Source: Yuukianura sp. NJ FZ-2021 (Eukaryota). Taken from it: DNA of 64,000 nucleotides. The notes beneath the pieces are model-generated. The model saw only the letters and a list, made by a program, of their open reading frames with translations, made no database searches and was not told the DNA's origin. This document shows positions 48,101 to 63,400 of the stretch, piece by piece; position 1 is the first letter of the stretch; every line of letters begins with the position of its first letter. The translations under genes were made by a program, and so were the position numbers. The stretch spans positions 6,944,001 through 7,008,000 of the forward strand of contig CM102286.1 in the NCBI GenBank assembly GCA_046563655.1, in the 5' to 3' direction.

Positions 48101-51100
48101 GAAAACGAGTTGTATCTCGCCTTGGTTTTAAGTTCCAAGGCTCATGCTAGGATTTTGAACGTTGATATTAGCGAAGCGATGAAAGTAGAAGGTGTAGTTG
48201 ATTACATTTCTTCTAAGGTAAGCAATTTTTCTTAAACCTAATTTTTCAAATGTAATTTGTTTCTCAAAATTTTATTGAAAATGGATTTTGTAGGATGTGC
48301 CAGACGAACGGAGATATGTTGGTTGCATCATTCACGACGAAGAAGTTTTCGTGTCAGAGATTGCTACATGCGTTGGACACATCATTGGTGCAATCGTCGG
48401 CGTAAACCAAGCTGTTGCTCAACGTGCTGCAAAACTAGTCAAAGTCGAATACGAAGAAATCAAGCCAATCATTATTACTTTTGAGGACGCCATCAAGCAC
48501 AATTCGTACTATGAAGGATTTACACGAGAAATTAAAAACGGAGACGTCGTGAAAGGATTTGAAGAAGCAGATCATATTCTGGAAGGAGAGATGTACCTCG
48601 GAGGTCAAGAGCACTTTTATCTCGAGACTCACGCATGTATTGCTTATCCGAAAAAAGAAGATGGAGAAATGGAGATCTTCTGCTCCACGCAGAATCCTTC
48701 TGAAATTCAACTGCTGACTGCCCATATACTCGGAGTTCAACAGAATAAAATTGCTGTAAGAGTGAAACGCATGGGCGGTGGTTTTGGCGGGAAAGAAACA
48801 GCAGGAATTCGCTTGGCTGGACCTGTCGCTGTTGCAGCTCAAAAGTATTAAAAAACAAGACTTTTTTGAATCCTGCTAATGATAATGTTTGTTTTTTCTA
48901 GACTGGGCGTTCCAGTGCGCTGCATGCTTGATCGTGATGAAGACATGGCGCTATCTGGAACTAGACATCCATTTTTCAACAAGTACAAGGTTGGATTCAA
49001 GAAAGACGGACGAATCACTGCACTGGAATCTCGAATTTTCAATAACGCCGGAAATTCTTTGGATCTGTCATGCTCAGTGCTGGAAAGAAGCGTGTTTCAT
49101 GCCGAAAACAGCTACAATATTCCGAACATTGACGTTTTTGGACGATGCTGTAAAACTAACATTCCGTCGAACACGGCATTCCGAGGATTTGGCGGGCCAC
49201 AAGGCATGATGTTCTGTGAAAACGTTTTTGATACCGTGGCAGACTTTCTCCAAATGGATCAGATGAAGGTTAGTCTAACTGTAAAAAAGTCAACCTAGTT
49301 GTGTGTGGTTAACAATTAAAATTTTGATGTCAAAGATTCGCGAGATGCATATGTATAAGGAAGGAGATGAAACGCATTATGGTCAGCCTTTGACCTACTG
49401 CACAGTGAACCGCTGTTGGGACGAATGCAAGAAGAGTTCAAACTATGAAAAGAAGTGCGCCGAAGTAGAAGAATTCAACCGCAAAAATCGGTTCAAGAAA
49501 CGCGGAGTCTCCATGATTCCAACCAAATTCGGAATTGCTTTTACTGCTTTGTTTTTAAATCAAGCTGGAGCACTCGTATTGGTGTACCGCGACGGTTCAG
49601 TTTTAATTTCTCACGGAGGAACTGAAATGGGCCAAGGGCTTCATACGAAAATGATCCAAGTAGCCAGTAGAGCCCTTAAAATCTCGGCCGATCGAATCCA
49701 TATTTCAGAGACAGCGACGGACAGGGTACCTAACACGTCTCCAACTGCTGCCAGTGCTGGATCGGATCTGAACGGCATGGCTGTGCTGGTAAGCGATTCG
49801 AGAAATAATTTCAATCGTTTAAAACTGTAGAAAGAAATTCAGTTACTCGAACATGAACTTTGTAGAATGCTTGCATGATTATTAACGAGAGACTACAGCC
49901 CTATCGAACCAAAAATCCAAATGGAACTTGGGAAGAAATTGTGAATGCAGCCTATTTCGATCGATGCTGTCTTTCTGCTGCTGGATACTATCGGTGAGTA
50001 CGAATTGCTCTTGCATTTGCGTATTTGACTTCTACATTGAAGCGTCATATTTTGACCTATATTGGTTCTATATTTCCCGGTACTAGAACTCCGGACATTG
50101 GCTTTGACTTTAAAACTAGAACTGGGTTGGCATTCAACTACTATACGTATGGAGCAGCTTGCTCTGTTGTGGAGATCGACTGTTTGACAGGAGACCATGA
50201 GGTGGCGCTTTGAAAAATTTCTAAAACATTTCTGCTTTTAATAATTTGAAGAATACAGAATACTACACATAATGCTTGCTAATAACGAAGTACTTTTTGT
50301 TAGGTTAAAAGCACAGATATTGTCATGGATGTTGGGGAGAGTTTGAACCCAGCTATTGACATTGGACAAATTGAAGGCGGATTTATGCAAGGCTACGGAC
50401 TCTACACTTTGGAGGAACTCAAGTTTTCTCCCTCTGGATTTCTGCTGACCAAGGGACCGGGTATGTACAAACTCCCGGGTTTCGGTGACATCCCGCTTCA
50501 GTTCAACGTTGCTCTCCTACGTGGCGCTCCCAACGAAAAAGCCGTCTTTTCATCAAAGGTGAGGGAACTGAATCGCATCAAATTATTGGAAGTATCCATT
50601 TCTATCTATTTTATCCAACCATTTTTTCCGGATAAAACCGGATGAATTGTATTATCCACTGGACGAAACGTCAAGAAAGTGGATATCCAACAACACTGTT
50701 AGACATTTTCTGAACATTTTCAGCAGTCGTTGTCACAATTGTGACAACGACAATTACCTTAATGACATAATTTAGGTTATTTAGGTATAAGGTTTCCTAA
50801 ATTGCGAGTTAGATTAGTAATGATTTTTGTTCTTTAGGCTATTGGTGAGCCTCCTCTTTTCCTGGCATCGTCCGTCTTTTTTGCAATTAAGAACGCTATT
50901 CGGGCCGCTCGTTTGGAGAATGGAGTTACTGAAAGATTTCATCTTGACTCTCCCGCCACAGCAGAAAGAATTCGGATTGGATGTGAAGACAGATTCACCA
51001 AAAAGGTAATTAACCAGGAATAAAGCATACAAAATCAATTCAAACAAAAATTAACTTTGCTTCAATTTTTTAAATCAATTTTTTTGTAGTTCCCGGTGGC

Positions 51101-51140
51101 ACCAGAAGGAACTTACACACCTTGGGCAGTGAATGCTTGA
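45145..51140 (+). CDS. Xdh: Xanthine dehydrogenase (rosy-like), many short introns
   Basis: [91 protein letters not shown]; stop TGA at 51138-51140. Confidence 0.96.
50588..50698. repeat. Partial second copy of the hAT-like MITE seen at 11453-11616, in an Xdh intron
   Basis: Shares TTCCGGAT.AAACCGGATGAA...TTATCCA...GACGAAACGTCAA...GGATATC.A.CAACACTG with the copy in the Hsp60 intron. Confidence 0.75.
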
Positions 51141-52396
51141 TTAAACGGACACACAAAAGTCCTAACTTCCAAAGTCTATTTTTCAAAACATCAATAAATT
51201 TTCATCTTGACATTTTCGGAATGAATTTGTAACTGATTTTTCAAACTATGGAGTTCTTTTTTGAAATAAAAATTACGGTTAGGATGCTTGAACATAACGT
51301 TTAGGAATCAGCAGGATAATTTTATTAAAGATTTCTTTGCAACACTTTTGAAGACTGCTAAACTAGTATAATTTCCTAGAGCTACATTATAAAATTAGAC
51401 TCGAAACTTCATTCTTCACAGGCGAATAGTTCTGTTACTTTTGTTAAATACTAATACAATTTAAACACATATCATCTCAATTTCTCAATCACACTCTAAT
51501 TTTTACAATCCGATGAGCATTATCCCTGCAACGTAAAAAAAAGTTACGCAACTGACGGTCATTGCAATTAGTGCAATTTGAAGTTGAATTTGGGAACAGG
51601 TCAAAGCTCTTCTAACTTATATCTAATACTAAACAACAATTAATTGATTTTGGACATATTAGCTTTAGGAATCACACGAATACGTCACATGTTGACATAC
51701 CTAGACATACTATTTACACACTTTATAACAAAATCTCAACTAACACCTTAAAGTTTAAAAAAAAACAATAAATAAATTATAATAAAGATTATATAAAAAT
51801 TTGAAATTAAACTTAAAGGACGGCGTTAAAAATAGTCTCAAGGTTGGGAAGCGTACATAAAATAATTTCGTACTTTTTGAAAATATTTCCAAGGACGTTG
51901 AGAGAGAGAGGCAAAACGAACAGAGAGCTGCTTCCTGGCTATGGCTTAAGTAACATTCGGATTTAAAAAACTTTTCTCCAGTATTAGTTACCCGTTTTTA
52001 ATATAAAATTTTGTGATTAAAGTGGACTTCTACTGTGCTTAGGTAAAACTAAACTGTGAGGAGTTGTGCAGAATTAACAATAACATTTCCTTAATTTATA
52101 AAAACTGCTGAAGGTTCGGCACAGTTGAAATTATGAGATCTGACCATTTTCCAAATTTTGTGGACCGAAGTTGTTGTGGGATTTTGTGTAATAACTTAAC
52201 GTGTAATATAAATGGAAGGTGCATTTGAGTTAATCAAGGAAAAGAGAATTGCATTACAGGAAGTTTGTTGAATATTTGTTTGAGCATTTATCCCTCGTGT
52301 CCGCTCACTTGCTAAATCCACCTTAATATTTTAATTTAATTATTTAAATATTAAATATTAAATTAAATATGACACTATTTGGCACGATTGTCGCTG

Positions 52397-55300
52397 TCAC
52401 ACGATGATTTCTCGAATTACTCTCCGATTCCTTGAACTAGGGGTTGAGTAGCCACTTTCCATTGTCTCTTCAAAAGACATGGGAACATTGTTGGGTTGTC
52501 TGTGTTGGTGGGAATGTGCATGTGGGACTTGCTCAGAGTAGGGGTCAAGGTAGGGGTCAGGTAACCCGCTTAGGTCATGGTACGGTGAATGGTCACCTAC
52601 GAAAAATTTACACAAAATAATTGATTAATAGTCCATAATGTATTAAAAATATTAAATAATCCGAACTACCTATACTTATGGAAGCCATTTTCTTACCGAT
52701 GAGATCTAGTCTTCGTTTGGGCTTGGGGATTGGACCGTAGGGGTCTGTGACATAGCTATTTCGAGCCTCGCAAGGGACGTAAGACTCGTCTGGTGGAGCG
52801 TACTGCTCGTAGTTTCCATGCTGATGTTGTGGTTGGTGGGATTGTTGCGACATTTGATCATTTGGGACATGCGTCACTTTCCATAGCGAGTCCTGAGAGT
52901 CTACTGAACCGCCATTGTTTGAATTGGAGTAACTATTTTGATCAATGTACGGAATAGCTGCAAGAACAAAAAAATGAGTTTTTAGAAATCACTTTCAGTT
53001 TTTGTGAATTTGAATTTTTATTTTATTTTATTTATTTTTTTTTTTTTTTGGAAATTTCGGCTTCATTACCTCCATTTCCATTTGGCACATGTCCATTGTA
53101 AATGTAGCCATTTGGACCGTTGTAGTTTTTGATGGTGTCTTCCATGAGGTCCATGTTTCTCTCCAGAGCTTTGTTTTCCATTCCCTTGGAGTAGTACGGC
53201 GGTGGAACTACTTGCGTCTGATGACCCCGCCCAGTTTCATAGTCTTTTTTGACTACTTTCTTTTTGCGACAACAGCAGAAAATGATGATAAGAGCAAAGC
53301 AGAGGAGCAAAACCACTCCAGAAACGACGCCGGCTATCACGTAGTGCACTCTGACCCCCACAGGAGCCGCAGCAGGGATGTCATTAACTACAATCAGATC
53401 AAAACATTCTGGTTAGAGACTCAGATATCGACAACACCAATTACTTCCCGGGAGGTAATCGTTACCTAGAAGAGCATTGATTGTACGTCCACAGGAGTTT
53501 TCATCGACGCAGTGCGTTACTCGTACGTTCTCAACGACTTTTTCATCTTGAATTTGTGTTCTGAACTTATCGGTATCGACGACAAGCATGCGATATTTGC
53601 GCCATGATCCAAGCTCATCTTGTACTTCAACTTTTGCACGAATAGGAATAGGACCGATGTTGTTGAAAAGCAGAGTACCGGATTTTGGTTCGAACTTGAC
53701 GTCAAGCGGATCCGGAATTGTAGACAAATCGACGCGTGTCATTACGGTGTGTCCGGCGGAATAGTCACTGCTTCCTTTAGAGTTATGCGCTTTTATCTAA
53801 GAAAAAATAAAACCAAAAATATTTAATTCGAAATTTCAAAATGTTTCTTCAAAGTTCAAAAAAATTGTTTTGATGAGCTTACCTTAAAAACATAAACAGT
53901 CTTTTGCTCGAGTCCCGTAACATTGCAGGGATTGAAATTCTGACAGTCAAATTCTTCCTGCCTCGGATCGTTCTCTGAGGTGTAGCTGATAAAATATTTC
54001 GTGTTTTCGTAACCTCCGTTGAATCCTGGTTCGTACTTCAACAGAGCATATGAAACTCCGACATTTTCGGTAGCAAGATTCGTTGGTGGAGCTGGATGAC
54101 CTTTCTCCTGAAGCATGATGACCCCACTGGAATTGCCCATGGAATTGGTAGCTCTGCATATGTATTCGCCATAGTCTTCTCGACGAACTCCTTTCACGAA
54201 CAGCAACGAAATATAGACATCGTTCTGCAGAATTGTCAAGTTCGTTTCGTAATTCTTCACGTCCATAACCAACGGTTTGCCATCGAAAAACCAATCAAAC
54301 TCTGGTTTCGGAAAGGCCTGAACTTTGCAAGGAATTTTGGCTGTTTCTTCAATGTCAAACGCGACTCGCTCCAAGTCATGTTTCCGCCGGAATAGTGGCT
54401 TGTCTAAAAACAGAATCAATTTTTGAATGAAAATTTTCAAAAAAAAGTTGAAAACAAAATTTTGAAGAAAAAAATTACTTTGAATTCGGAGGTACATGTG
54501 AGACTCCTCCTTCTTAACTTCGTTTTCGAAGACGCATGTGTAGTAGCCTCTGTCTTCGGCCATAATGGTGTCTCGTCCTTCTCCGGAAAAGTGGAGCGTG
54601 CTCTGAAGTGTGACGACTCTGTGTGTCTCTGGGATTTCTTTGTTTTCGACCGTGTACAGCGTTTTGAAGTTTGGATCGGACTCGAGGGGAACGTTATCCT
54701 TCATCCAAATGGCTCTTGGAGTTGGAATGCCATTGGCAGCACACATAATACTAAAGTTTCTTTCTCCAGTTCGACGAATTGTTTGCGGTGACAAAATGGC
54801 TGAGAAGCGCGGAGGTTGAAAAACTCGGAGAAATACGACGGCAGTGTCTCCTGTTCCGATTTCATTGTGTGGTTGACAAAAGTATTTTCCCTCAGAAGAA
54901 ACTTTGGCTGCACCAATGTTGAACTGCGATCCAACTCCAACCGTAGTTTCAGACCCCTCTCGCCACCATCTAAAGTTAATGAAAAATCAGTTAGGTTGAA
55001 CAGCTTTTAGTCAATTCACTTAAAATCTAAAAGTTTTGTGTTGTAGGTAGGCATACCTGAATTGTGGTAGTGGCCAGCCAGGCGGGTCAGCTCGACATGT
55101 CAATGTCACGCCAGAGCCCTCAACGACAGAAGGCTCGCTAGGTTCAATCACGGTTCTAACCGGAGCATGTTTGATCAGTAAAGCAACCGTGGCATTTCCA
55201 GTTCTTTCGTAAGGATTGACGTCGCCTGATGGATTTAGGATGTTTGTGGCTACAGAGCGAAATAGAATATTTAGAATGGCTCTATAGATTCCAGGAGTTA

Positions 55301-57421
55301 AGAATTCAGGAGGTGGTTTCACAGTTGGTGATGTGTGTGGAATCACTTACCTTTGCATACATAAACTCCAGCATTTCCAGCCGTAACGCTTTCAATTTTG
55401 AGAATGTCTCCATAGTGATGGAAGGTCGGGTCGTCTTTTTTGATCCACTCAATGGAAGAGGGCTTTGGATTTGAGGTTACATTGCACTTTATCCATGCCG
55501 TTTCACCCTCAGCATATTCTTTGGAAGAAGTCACAGAAACGATTGGAGCATAAAGAACGTCCAAACTCAGATCCGCTTCTCCAGATTGTCCAAGTCCATT
55601 TTCAGCCGAACACTGGTACGTTCCAGCATCAGACAGCGAAGTTCGTGGAATAGTGTATGTGAATGTCGTTTCACTAAACTTTCCATTCCGAGTCCAACGG
55701 ACAGAACTGACGGCCGGTTTGGAGTCGACGTTACAATGGAGCTTGGCAGGAGAGCCTTTCTCTACTCGCAACGGATTCTCTGGACCAACTTTGACTCTAG
55801 GAAAGTCTGGAAATCAAACAAAGGAAACTATGAACTTTCTTTGGGTTCAAACTTTGTCAATTAAAGTTTGAGAAAATGAAAGATGAAAAGGACGCTGGTC
55901 CTAATTTATGACTCACAGTTCACATTGAGGGTGACAATCTTTTCCAGTTTGACTCCTTCTCCTAGGGCACGGTTCCAAACGACGCAGCGATACTCGCTTC
56001 CATCGTCGTCACGGACGGGCGTTATGGAGAGAATGGCTGAAGTGGGGTTTAGCTTTGATCCACCATTTTTTACAATCGAGTCCAGCGGATAGTTCATGCC
56101 ATTTCGATACCAACGGATAAGTGGGTCTGGAGAGCCACCGCTACTGGAACAACTTAGTTCCAGTACACGCCCTTCCGTAGCTGTGGGTTCACTTGGAATT
56201 ACTTTGGGGTCACCCGGTGGAAGGAGGACGGTCAATTGGACAATTTTCGAATGCAACTCAGCTCCTGAACCGCTGGCTTTGATGCGGCAGTCGAACTTTC
56301 CGTTGTCACGATCATAAGTTGCATTGTGAATTTTCAAATCGTATCTTCCTTCGGCAGGTCGATAGTCAATTCTGTTACCAAAAAGCAAAATGTTCATTAA
56401 AAAATGCAAAACGTGAGCAATCTGTGCTGTACATGTTTTGGATTATGTAATTTTTGATGTATAGTTAGGGTTTAAGCTAGGTGTGTTGCAATTCTTTTTA
56501 AAAACGGAAAAGTAAACACAATCTGAGGTTTGCAGTTTTAAGACGGATGTGTGAACCCATCTTTTCTTGGTAAACAAAAAGCCTAAGATCAATATGTCTT
56601 TGTCTCTGAAGAATTATTATTTACATCATAACGCCCCTAAAACCTCATCATCCCTGTCATTCCCCACTTCACGTTGAGATGAAGCCCATTAATAAGGGAA
56701 TTGTCATTCTGGATGGGGTAAACCTAACAATGGAATTTGAGGAAACGTGCTCAGCATGAGCAAATTTGTTCCTCAAGTTTAAAAATAGAAAACCAATTAT
56801 TCATTCCCATGAGGTAAATTTTGACGAATTGACTGTCTCAAAAGTTGACAGGAAACGTTTTGGTACGGTACAAGGTTTATGCCACGCGCGCATAATCTGA
56901 GATGTCATACACTATGTGACAGTAGGGAACAAAATCAGAAATTCAAACATTGTATTGAATAAGGAATGTCAAGAGGTCACGGTGACATGTTCCCCAGAGG
57001 TCAAAATTTTTGAACCTGTGTGATTACAATCGTTAGAAATCAGATTTACAAAAACTTCAAATTTGAACATCATCTTACTTTTTCATTTTAATTGGTTGTC
57101 ATCTCCTTATGAAATGACACTCATTTTTCTTTTGTTGTGAAATTGTTAACTAATTTGCTGCGCAACATTTATGAAAAATTGGTACACAACCATGTATAAG
57201 CGTTTGAAAAAAAATATTCACTTACGCATAGTTTGTATCTAGCGGAGTCTCTCCAATGGCCACATTGTCCTTGTCTCTGGCGTTTGTTCTCTGCCAGTAC
57301 AGCGTCTCACGTCCACGACTAATTAAATGTGGGGCAAAGCGACATTCCAAAGTGACATTGTCACCTTCTACGACATCTTTCATGTCGTCACCCAGCACAG
57401 GGACTATGAGTAGAATGACCA
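52397..57421 (-). CDS. ed: Echinoid-like Ig-superfamily adhesion protein (Ig repeats, FN3, TM, PDZ-binding tail); first coding exon not located
   Basis: Multiple Ig domains (VTLECRF..DNVAIG, DNGKFDCRIK, CSSSGGSPDP), FN3 (PGFNGGY), TM YVIAGVVSGVVLLLCFALIIIF and the echinoid-type C-terminus NRRVIREIIV*. Confidence 0.88.
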
Positions 57422-60400
57422 CTGCAAAATTACAAAAGAAGGAGTTAGAATTCACATTTCCCTTGTTATCTTGCATTATTTTTGGATTTGAAATTAAGGG
57501 TAGCTAAGCAACATGACTAGCAGAATTAATTGTCATAGGCAGGTTGAACAGAATTTCAAATAACGCTTCACTCGAGTGTTCCAGAAATAACGAAATAGCA
57601 GAGGCAAACAATAAGTTCCAGAGGAACATTTTAGTTTATTACTTTTGGAGCCAATTTATTTTGGATTGTCACTCATAGAACCCATTTCGAAAAGTTTCTT
57701 AATTGGAAGGGTGTTGATGGAAATGGTGGTTCTGGAAGCTAGGTTTTGTATTTCCTATAACTTTCCCGCCAAGAAATCAATTCGTGCGTTATGACGGTTG
57801 GCGGCAGTGATGATGATGATGTCGTCGCTAGTGGAAGAAAAGAGGAAGCTTTAGTGTTTATTCGGTGGGTCGTGAAGACATCAGGAATCTCCATATGGAT
57901 AGACGTACTACAAAATGTGTCCTGTTCTCACTTGAAGAAAAGAATTACTCGAAATTTTTCAAAGAGAAAGCAGTGAAGCATCTTCTGCTGAATCCTTCTT
58001 CGTCGGATTTAGTGTGGTTCAATCTTCCAAAGAGAACAAGAAAAAGCCAACAAAAGACGAAGAGACATCTTCTCCTAAGGAGTCCAAAACTAACAAAGTG
58101 CGGATCCACTTCTATTCTTAACTGATTGTTATGATCTTGTTTGTGAAAGATAATGAGAACTGGGCTAGGATAGGCTCAAATGGTCCACTGAGAAATTGTG
58201 AAAAGTCGGGTAATAGAGTTTTTAGTGAGGGGCTACCTATATTATTAGGTCTTCTTTCCCAAAAAGAAAGTAGGTCTCTGATGGGTACTTGTTCTGGAGG
58301 CTGAAGTTAGCTGAAGCACGAGTAATAACAATAATAATAAGGCTTTCCACCACTCCCGACTTGTCCAAAATCCTTCTTTCCAGGAAATCTCACGCTTCTT
58401 CTTCCTTTCTTCAAAGGACTTTGGATCCTCAGAATCTTTTGCCTCTTGAACCTTCCTCCACAAAAATAAGGCTACTCATGGTTGTTAGTTTTTAAAATGC
58501 TGCACTCTTGCTGGTTTCCAAAATGCAATTTAGATAAAAACCAAAGTATGAACAGGAGGTGTATTAAAAATGGCAGTGGTGACAGTATCATCAGCCACAT
58601 CTCGCATTTTTGTGCTGATTGGAAGATGGTAGTTCCATTTTTAGATTCCAGATATTTTTACGAACTAATTGAGGCTGCGCGTAGTGACAATGGCTCTTTT
58701 CTTGCAAAGTCCTCCAAGGCATTATACAATGTTCACGGCTCAATCCTTCTTTCACATATTTCTGTAACGAATGGCCTCAGAGTCCTTAATACTTTCAATA
58801 TTTTCTATTCAGTAAAACTGAATCTGAGAGATTCCTAAAATACTGTTCGAGATCGCTTCTCGCAAGGCTTATCAAAATCTTTTCCCTCGGGTACTTTGTT
58901 ATTTTCAGCAGAGTCTCACTACTACCTCTGGAAATTGGATTATAATGTAACAATATTATTAAAAAGAATACCTTGACTATTATTATCAATTGGATCTGCC
59001 TGTCAAAATGGCGGGGAAAATGGAATGGAACAGTTTTCGAAACATCCCAATCATAACATTACAAGGGAACCAGATACGACATTGCGTACCCACCTACGCT
59101 CCGTACATGTCAGTTTGAGTAAAATTTGAAAGTTTCAAAGCTCTCTCGTGTGTTTGTGACGGGTGCATCCAGCGGGGGATAGAAAAAAATTTTTTTTTCG
59201 TTTTTAGAAAAATAGAAGTTATTTTGAGTTGAATGGATTTTAATCTTAAAGGTAACACTGCAGTTGAAAGAAAGATCGTCTGAGTGGAAAGCATTGTAGT
59301 AGTGGTAATCTTCCATGTACATTGTACTTCATCGTACATGGCTTAGAGTAGATTCAAAATGCTCCACTGCCACTGAGGGTACCTTAGCCAACATATTTTC
59401 TTTCAAAGTGACCTTGAGCGTAACTTTAAGAGCAACTGTAGAAATCAAAGGGCTCCAACAACAAACCACTTCTCAAAGTTTTTTTTTCAAAGGTGAGGAA
59501 GATTACAAACAACATCTGCCTCTACCGCGTCCGAAAACTGAAATTTTCAAATTAGAAAAGTTTTCAGAAAAGTGATCCACAAAATTTATGTACAAATCGT
59601 ACCACTGACAATGAGTTGAATTTTCCGCAAACTCAAAACATTCTTAAAATCAATTTTAAGAATTTCCTTTTGGTATGTTTTTATTGTAGAAGAAAGAATG
59701 AGAAAAAATTAAATTTAAAAGTTTTAGAATTTCAGATTTTAGTAAATTCTGGCACTGGTCAAGACTGGATTCCAAAAATTGAATAACTTAAATGAGAAAA
59801 AGTTTTTGAAAATGCGGTGCACGTAGTAGGTACTTTCCAAAAAAAAATGGGAGCCCTTAGGTAGTAGGGTTCACGTAAGTTTCAGATTTTGAAGCGGATG
59901 GGTGGAAAAAATGAAAGTATTTTTCATTCCAGCGTAAGTAGCCAAACCTGAAAAATTGAAGTTGTTTGGAAGGAAAAAAAGCCTTCTGTAATATGTTTTT
60001 TATTTCTAAAATATAAATGAGCCTCATCATTCTTTTTCACTCTTCCAAGTGAGGGTTTAAAAAAGTCAAGACTTTACTTCTACCAGAGAGAACAATAAAC
60101 AAGGTCCCTTGAGGGACTGGGGCCCTTCAGATTCAAGAGTTCCAGTTTAAAATTGGTTCGGAAAAACATAATTAACAGGGAGAAGATGGAAGTTTGGCTT
60201 CTGATTCAAAGTCAGATACCAAGAGTTTCTTTTTCCAAGTGGCCCTTACACTAATTTACACCTTCAAAATCGTTCTCACCTTTCGCTCTACTTTTTAAAT
60301 TTTAAATTCTAAAAACGCTGGAAGTCGAACGTAGTAGAGAATTTTAATGTTCTCATTTCCTGGACCATCTGGGCAATGCAGTAACTTTTCCTTTGGACTT

Positions 60401-63400
60401 GGCACTAACGTCTATCTTTTGAAAAAGAATCCTGGGAGCCATAGTCTATAATCCTCTTCATAATTATTGCGTTGACTCCGATTTCCCGAAAATGAGATCG
60501 TAAATCTCTCGGTCTTCAACGAAAGGTCGTTTGTCGGAGTTGAAGCATCTCATAAATTGAGTCTCTAAGTAATCCATTAGTGCAATTAATTTCCAGTCAC
60601 AGAAGTCACCTCAACCGCATCCCAAATAGTACTAAACCATTCTAGCTAGAGGACTTCTGGTGCAGCCCCAATGCCAAAGTGTCATGGTCAAGGAGACTCT
60701 TTCTAATGCGTTGAGGTCCACTTCATTCAATTGCCCCGCCCATGCTCAGTCGTTCTGAATTGAATCTCCGTCGAGATTTATTTCCCAATCAAGCGGAAAA
60801 GTCTGCTGGACTCTCCACACAATGGGAACAAAATGATTGGGGCTCTCGGCCTCTTGCCAAATAAATCCTTTCACCACTCCACGCACTTTTCCAAGAGAAA
60901 GGTCAGCAAAACCTTGGACTTGGTGGTATCTCATGGATGGAAACACAAACCTACACTGTAGTAGATGGTGATGGTCTAGTGAATCCTTGAGCAGCTAAAG
61001 TTAGGGGGCAGGACTAAAACTAGTCAATGGAACTAACATTGCTCAAACAATTTCGTGATTAATGGGCAGTAAATTAGGTCCAATTATGCTCATAATGGCA
61101 TTAATGCAAATAATCTTTGTTTCCACCAAAGGCAGTAATTTGTGGTCAAGTGGCGCTACTTTACCAAACTACTGCGCCAACTTATTCAAAGTTCTCAAAA
61201 AGTTCTCACCCTGCCCCCTGAATAATTTTTCCCTAAAAGTACGATTTGTTTTAAACTAAAAAGTCTCGACTGGAAACAACTTCCATGACTAAAATGAACA
61301 AAATATACGCAGAATGAATTCTTGGCTTAAACTAATCACTACCTTTTGAACTTCTGCTGCCAACTCCTAGTTAGCTAAAGCACCGGATAGGATAAGAAGA
61401 TAGTTTTGTGTGGGAAAATTCAAAAAATATCTACTTGGCATGCGGAGTCTGTTCCTTTCCCTGATGCTCTATTTACTTTAATTATTCTCAACAAGAAAAG
61501 TTCGAGTTTGATTGAACTCTCGAGTCTATAATCCATTATGGAAATCAGGAAAGTGGGTTAACAATCAATACTTGAAGAATTCAGGATTTTCATTATCGGA
61601 AGACTCTTTGACTTATTCAACTTATTGACTGCAAAGCGAGTTATGTAGTTCGGAGATGATTGGACGGAAGAGCGGATGCTAAATAATGCAGGTATGAAGC
61701 ACCTTTAGCCTTTGTAGGCCATTGGCGTAACCGGTTAGGTTTGTAGTGTCCAAGCCAAGGGTGTGATTTAGTGGCGAGAAGATCAGAATGGAAGTGGAAA
61801 CTGCGCCATGGAAGTAACAAGGCGGGAAGTTCAACGTTAAAAAAAGTAGATCACTGTGTCTCCCTGGAGCTAAAGGCTTTGGAAAACGACTTCGGACTTC
61901 CTTCCTACTTCTTTCCTCTCCAACAATGCTTGACTTCCCAACCAGAAAATCTAAAATCCTGTCACTGAGGAAACTATAATGGACTTTTTCTAAGAAAAAA
62001 ATTTTCTTCTAAAATCGAAAACACATTTTCATTTCAACCTCCACATCCTTTGAGATGAACCTCATCTTTTGTCTTTTGTTGAATCTCTCCTCCAATTGTG
62101 AAGACTTTGGAGGAAATTAGTTTCCCTTTAATCTTTAAGCAGAACATCATTTTTTCTTCAAAGTTCTTTGTCCCTCGTGTGTCTGGATTGTGTATTTAAG
62201 TTTAAGTGGTTGGCAGCGTGAGAATGCAAATTTTAAGTCCCTCGAGCTCAAGAAGAAAAAAGACGCTTGTCCATTGTTTGTCATGCCAAAGACGCTTTGA
62301 CACCGGACACAAAATAAACTTCACTCAAACCACGTCATTAAACTTCTTCAGCCTCCTACGCTTCTTAAGGAAAACAATGGAAAGACACTTATAAGTCCAA
62401 TGTTACATGCATTTTTTAAGGATGGGCTGGAGGACACAACAATCATGGGATTTAAACTTAAAAATAATTGGTTCAATGGAAAAGGAAATTCAAAATTGGT
62501 TACAGTTTTGATGTTTTGTTTCTGGGTTTGTAAAACTTTAAAAAGTTTGTAAAATTTTTTTAGAAACAAAGTGAAAGTTAGGGTGGGCGTGAAAAATACA
62601 ATTAAGGATTCAATTGAACCAAACTCATTTTCTCTGTCCATGGGAACTTTTTTTTCAATTACAAAAGAGGTTTACTTTTTCAACGTAGCATGAAATTTAA
62701 AAGTTCTAATTAAATCGTTAGTCTTGGTTGGATTCGTTCCATCGTTCCTGCTACCAAGCTTTCACTTTCATTTTCTCTGGAGACATTTACAATGGACTTC
62801 ATGGAGTCTATGGACATTTCCAACACTGTTGTATGTACACATAAGTTAGGAGAAAAAGCATTGATTAGATTACTTCCAAAACCTCGGAACTGTGCTTCCC
62901 CCTAAGGTTCATCGAGCGTCACTTTATCGCTTACGTGGCAATTACACATCAAATATGGATAAGGGCCTAATTAATATACCTACTAAAGTGCTAGGACTTT
63001 CTCCCGCAAAATTTCAAACCACTCCAGCCTTGCCACCACCACGCACCACCAGGATTTGAAATTAGAAATTCCGGGAGAGACCTCATTTCTTCGGTTCAAC
63101 CAACATTTCCTATTCTGCCTCTGTTTGCCTTGTTAACCCCACTTTCACTTCACTTTCTCCACTGACTCAGTTCTACTTTGACAAACAAATGCCTAGGCTG
63201 CAGTTCAAGTCAATTTAATGCCATGTCGAGTATTTGGACGTTTCTGGACGGTGGCTCATGAACCAGTATGATCATGGAAAGTGCACTTGGCTTACCTGTT
63301 ACTTTCATCGATGCGTGAATTAGGCTCTGTAGGAATCATAACGGTACAATTTAAAAGTCCAGTAAGCCCGGGTCTTCAGTAGCGCGTAAATGGCCGTCCA

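Noticed and set aside
52322..52372. AT-only inverted repeat in the echinoid 3' UTR
   Set aside because: Low-complexity A/T sequence expected by chance.
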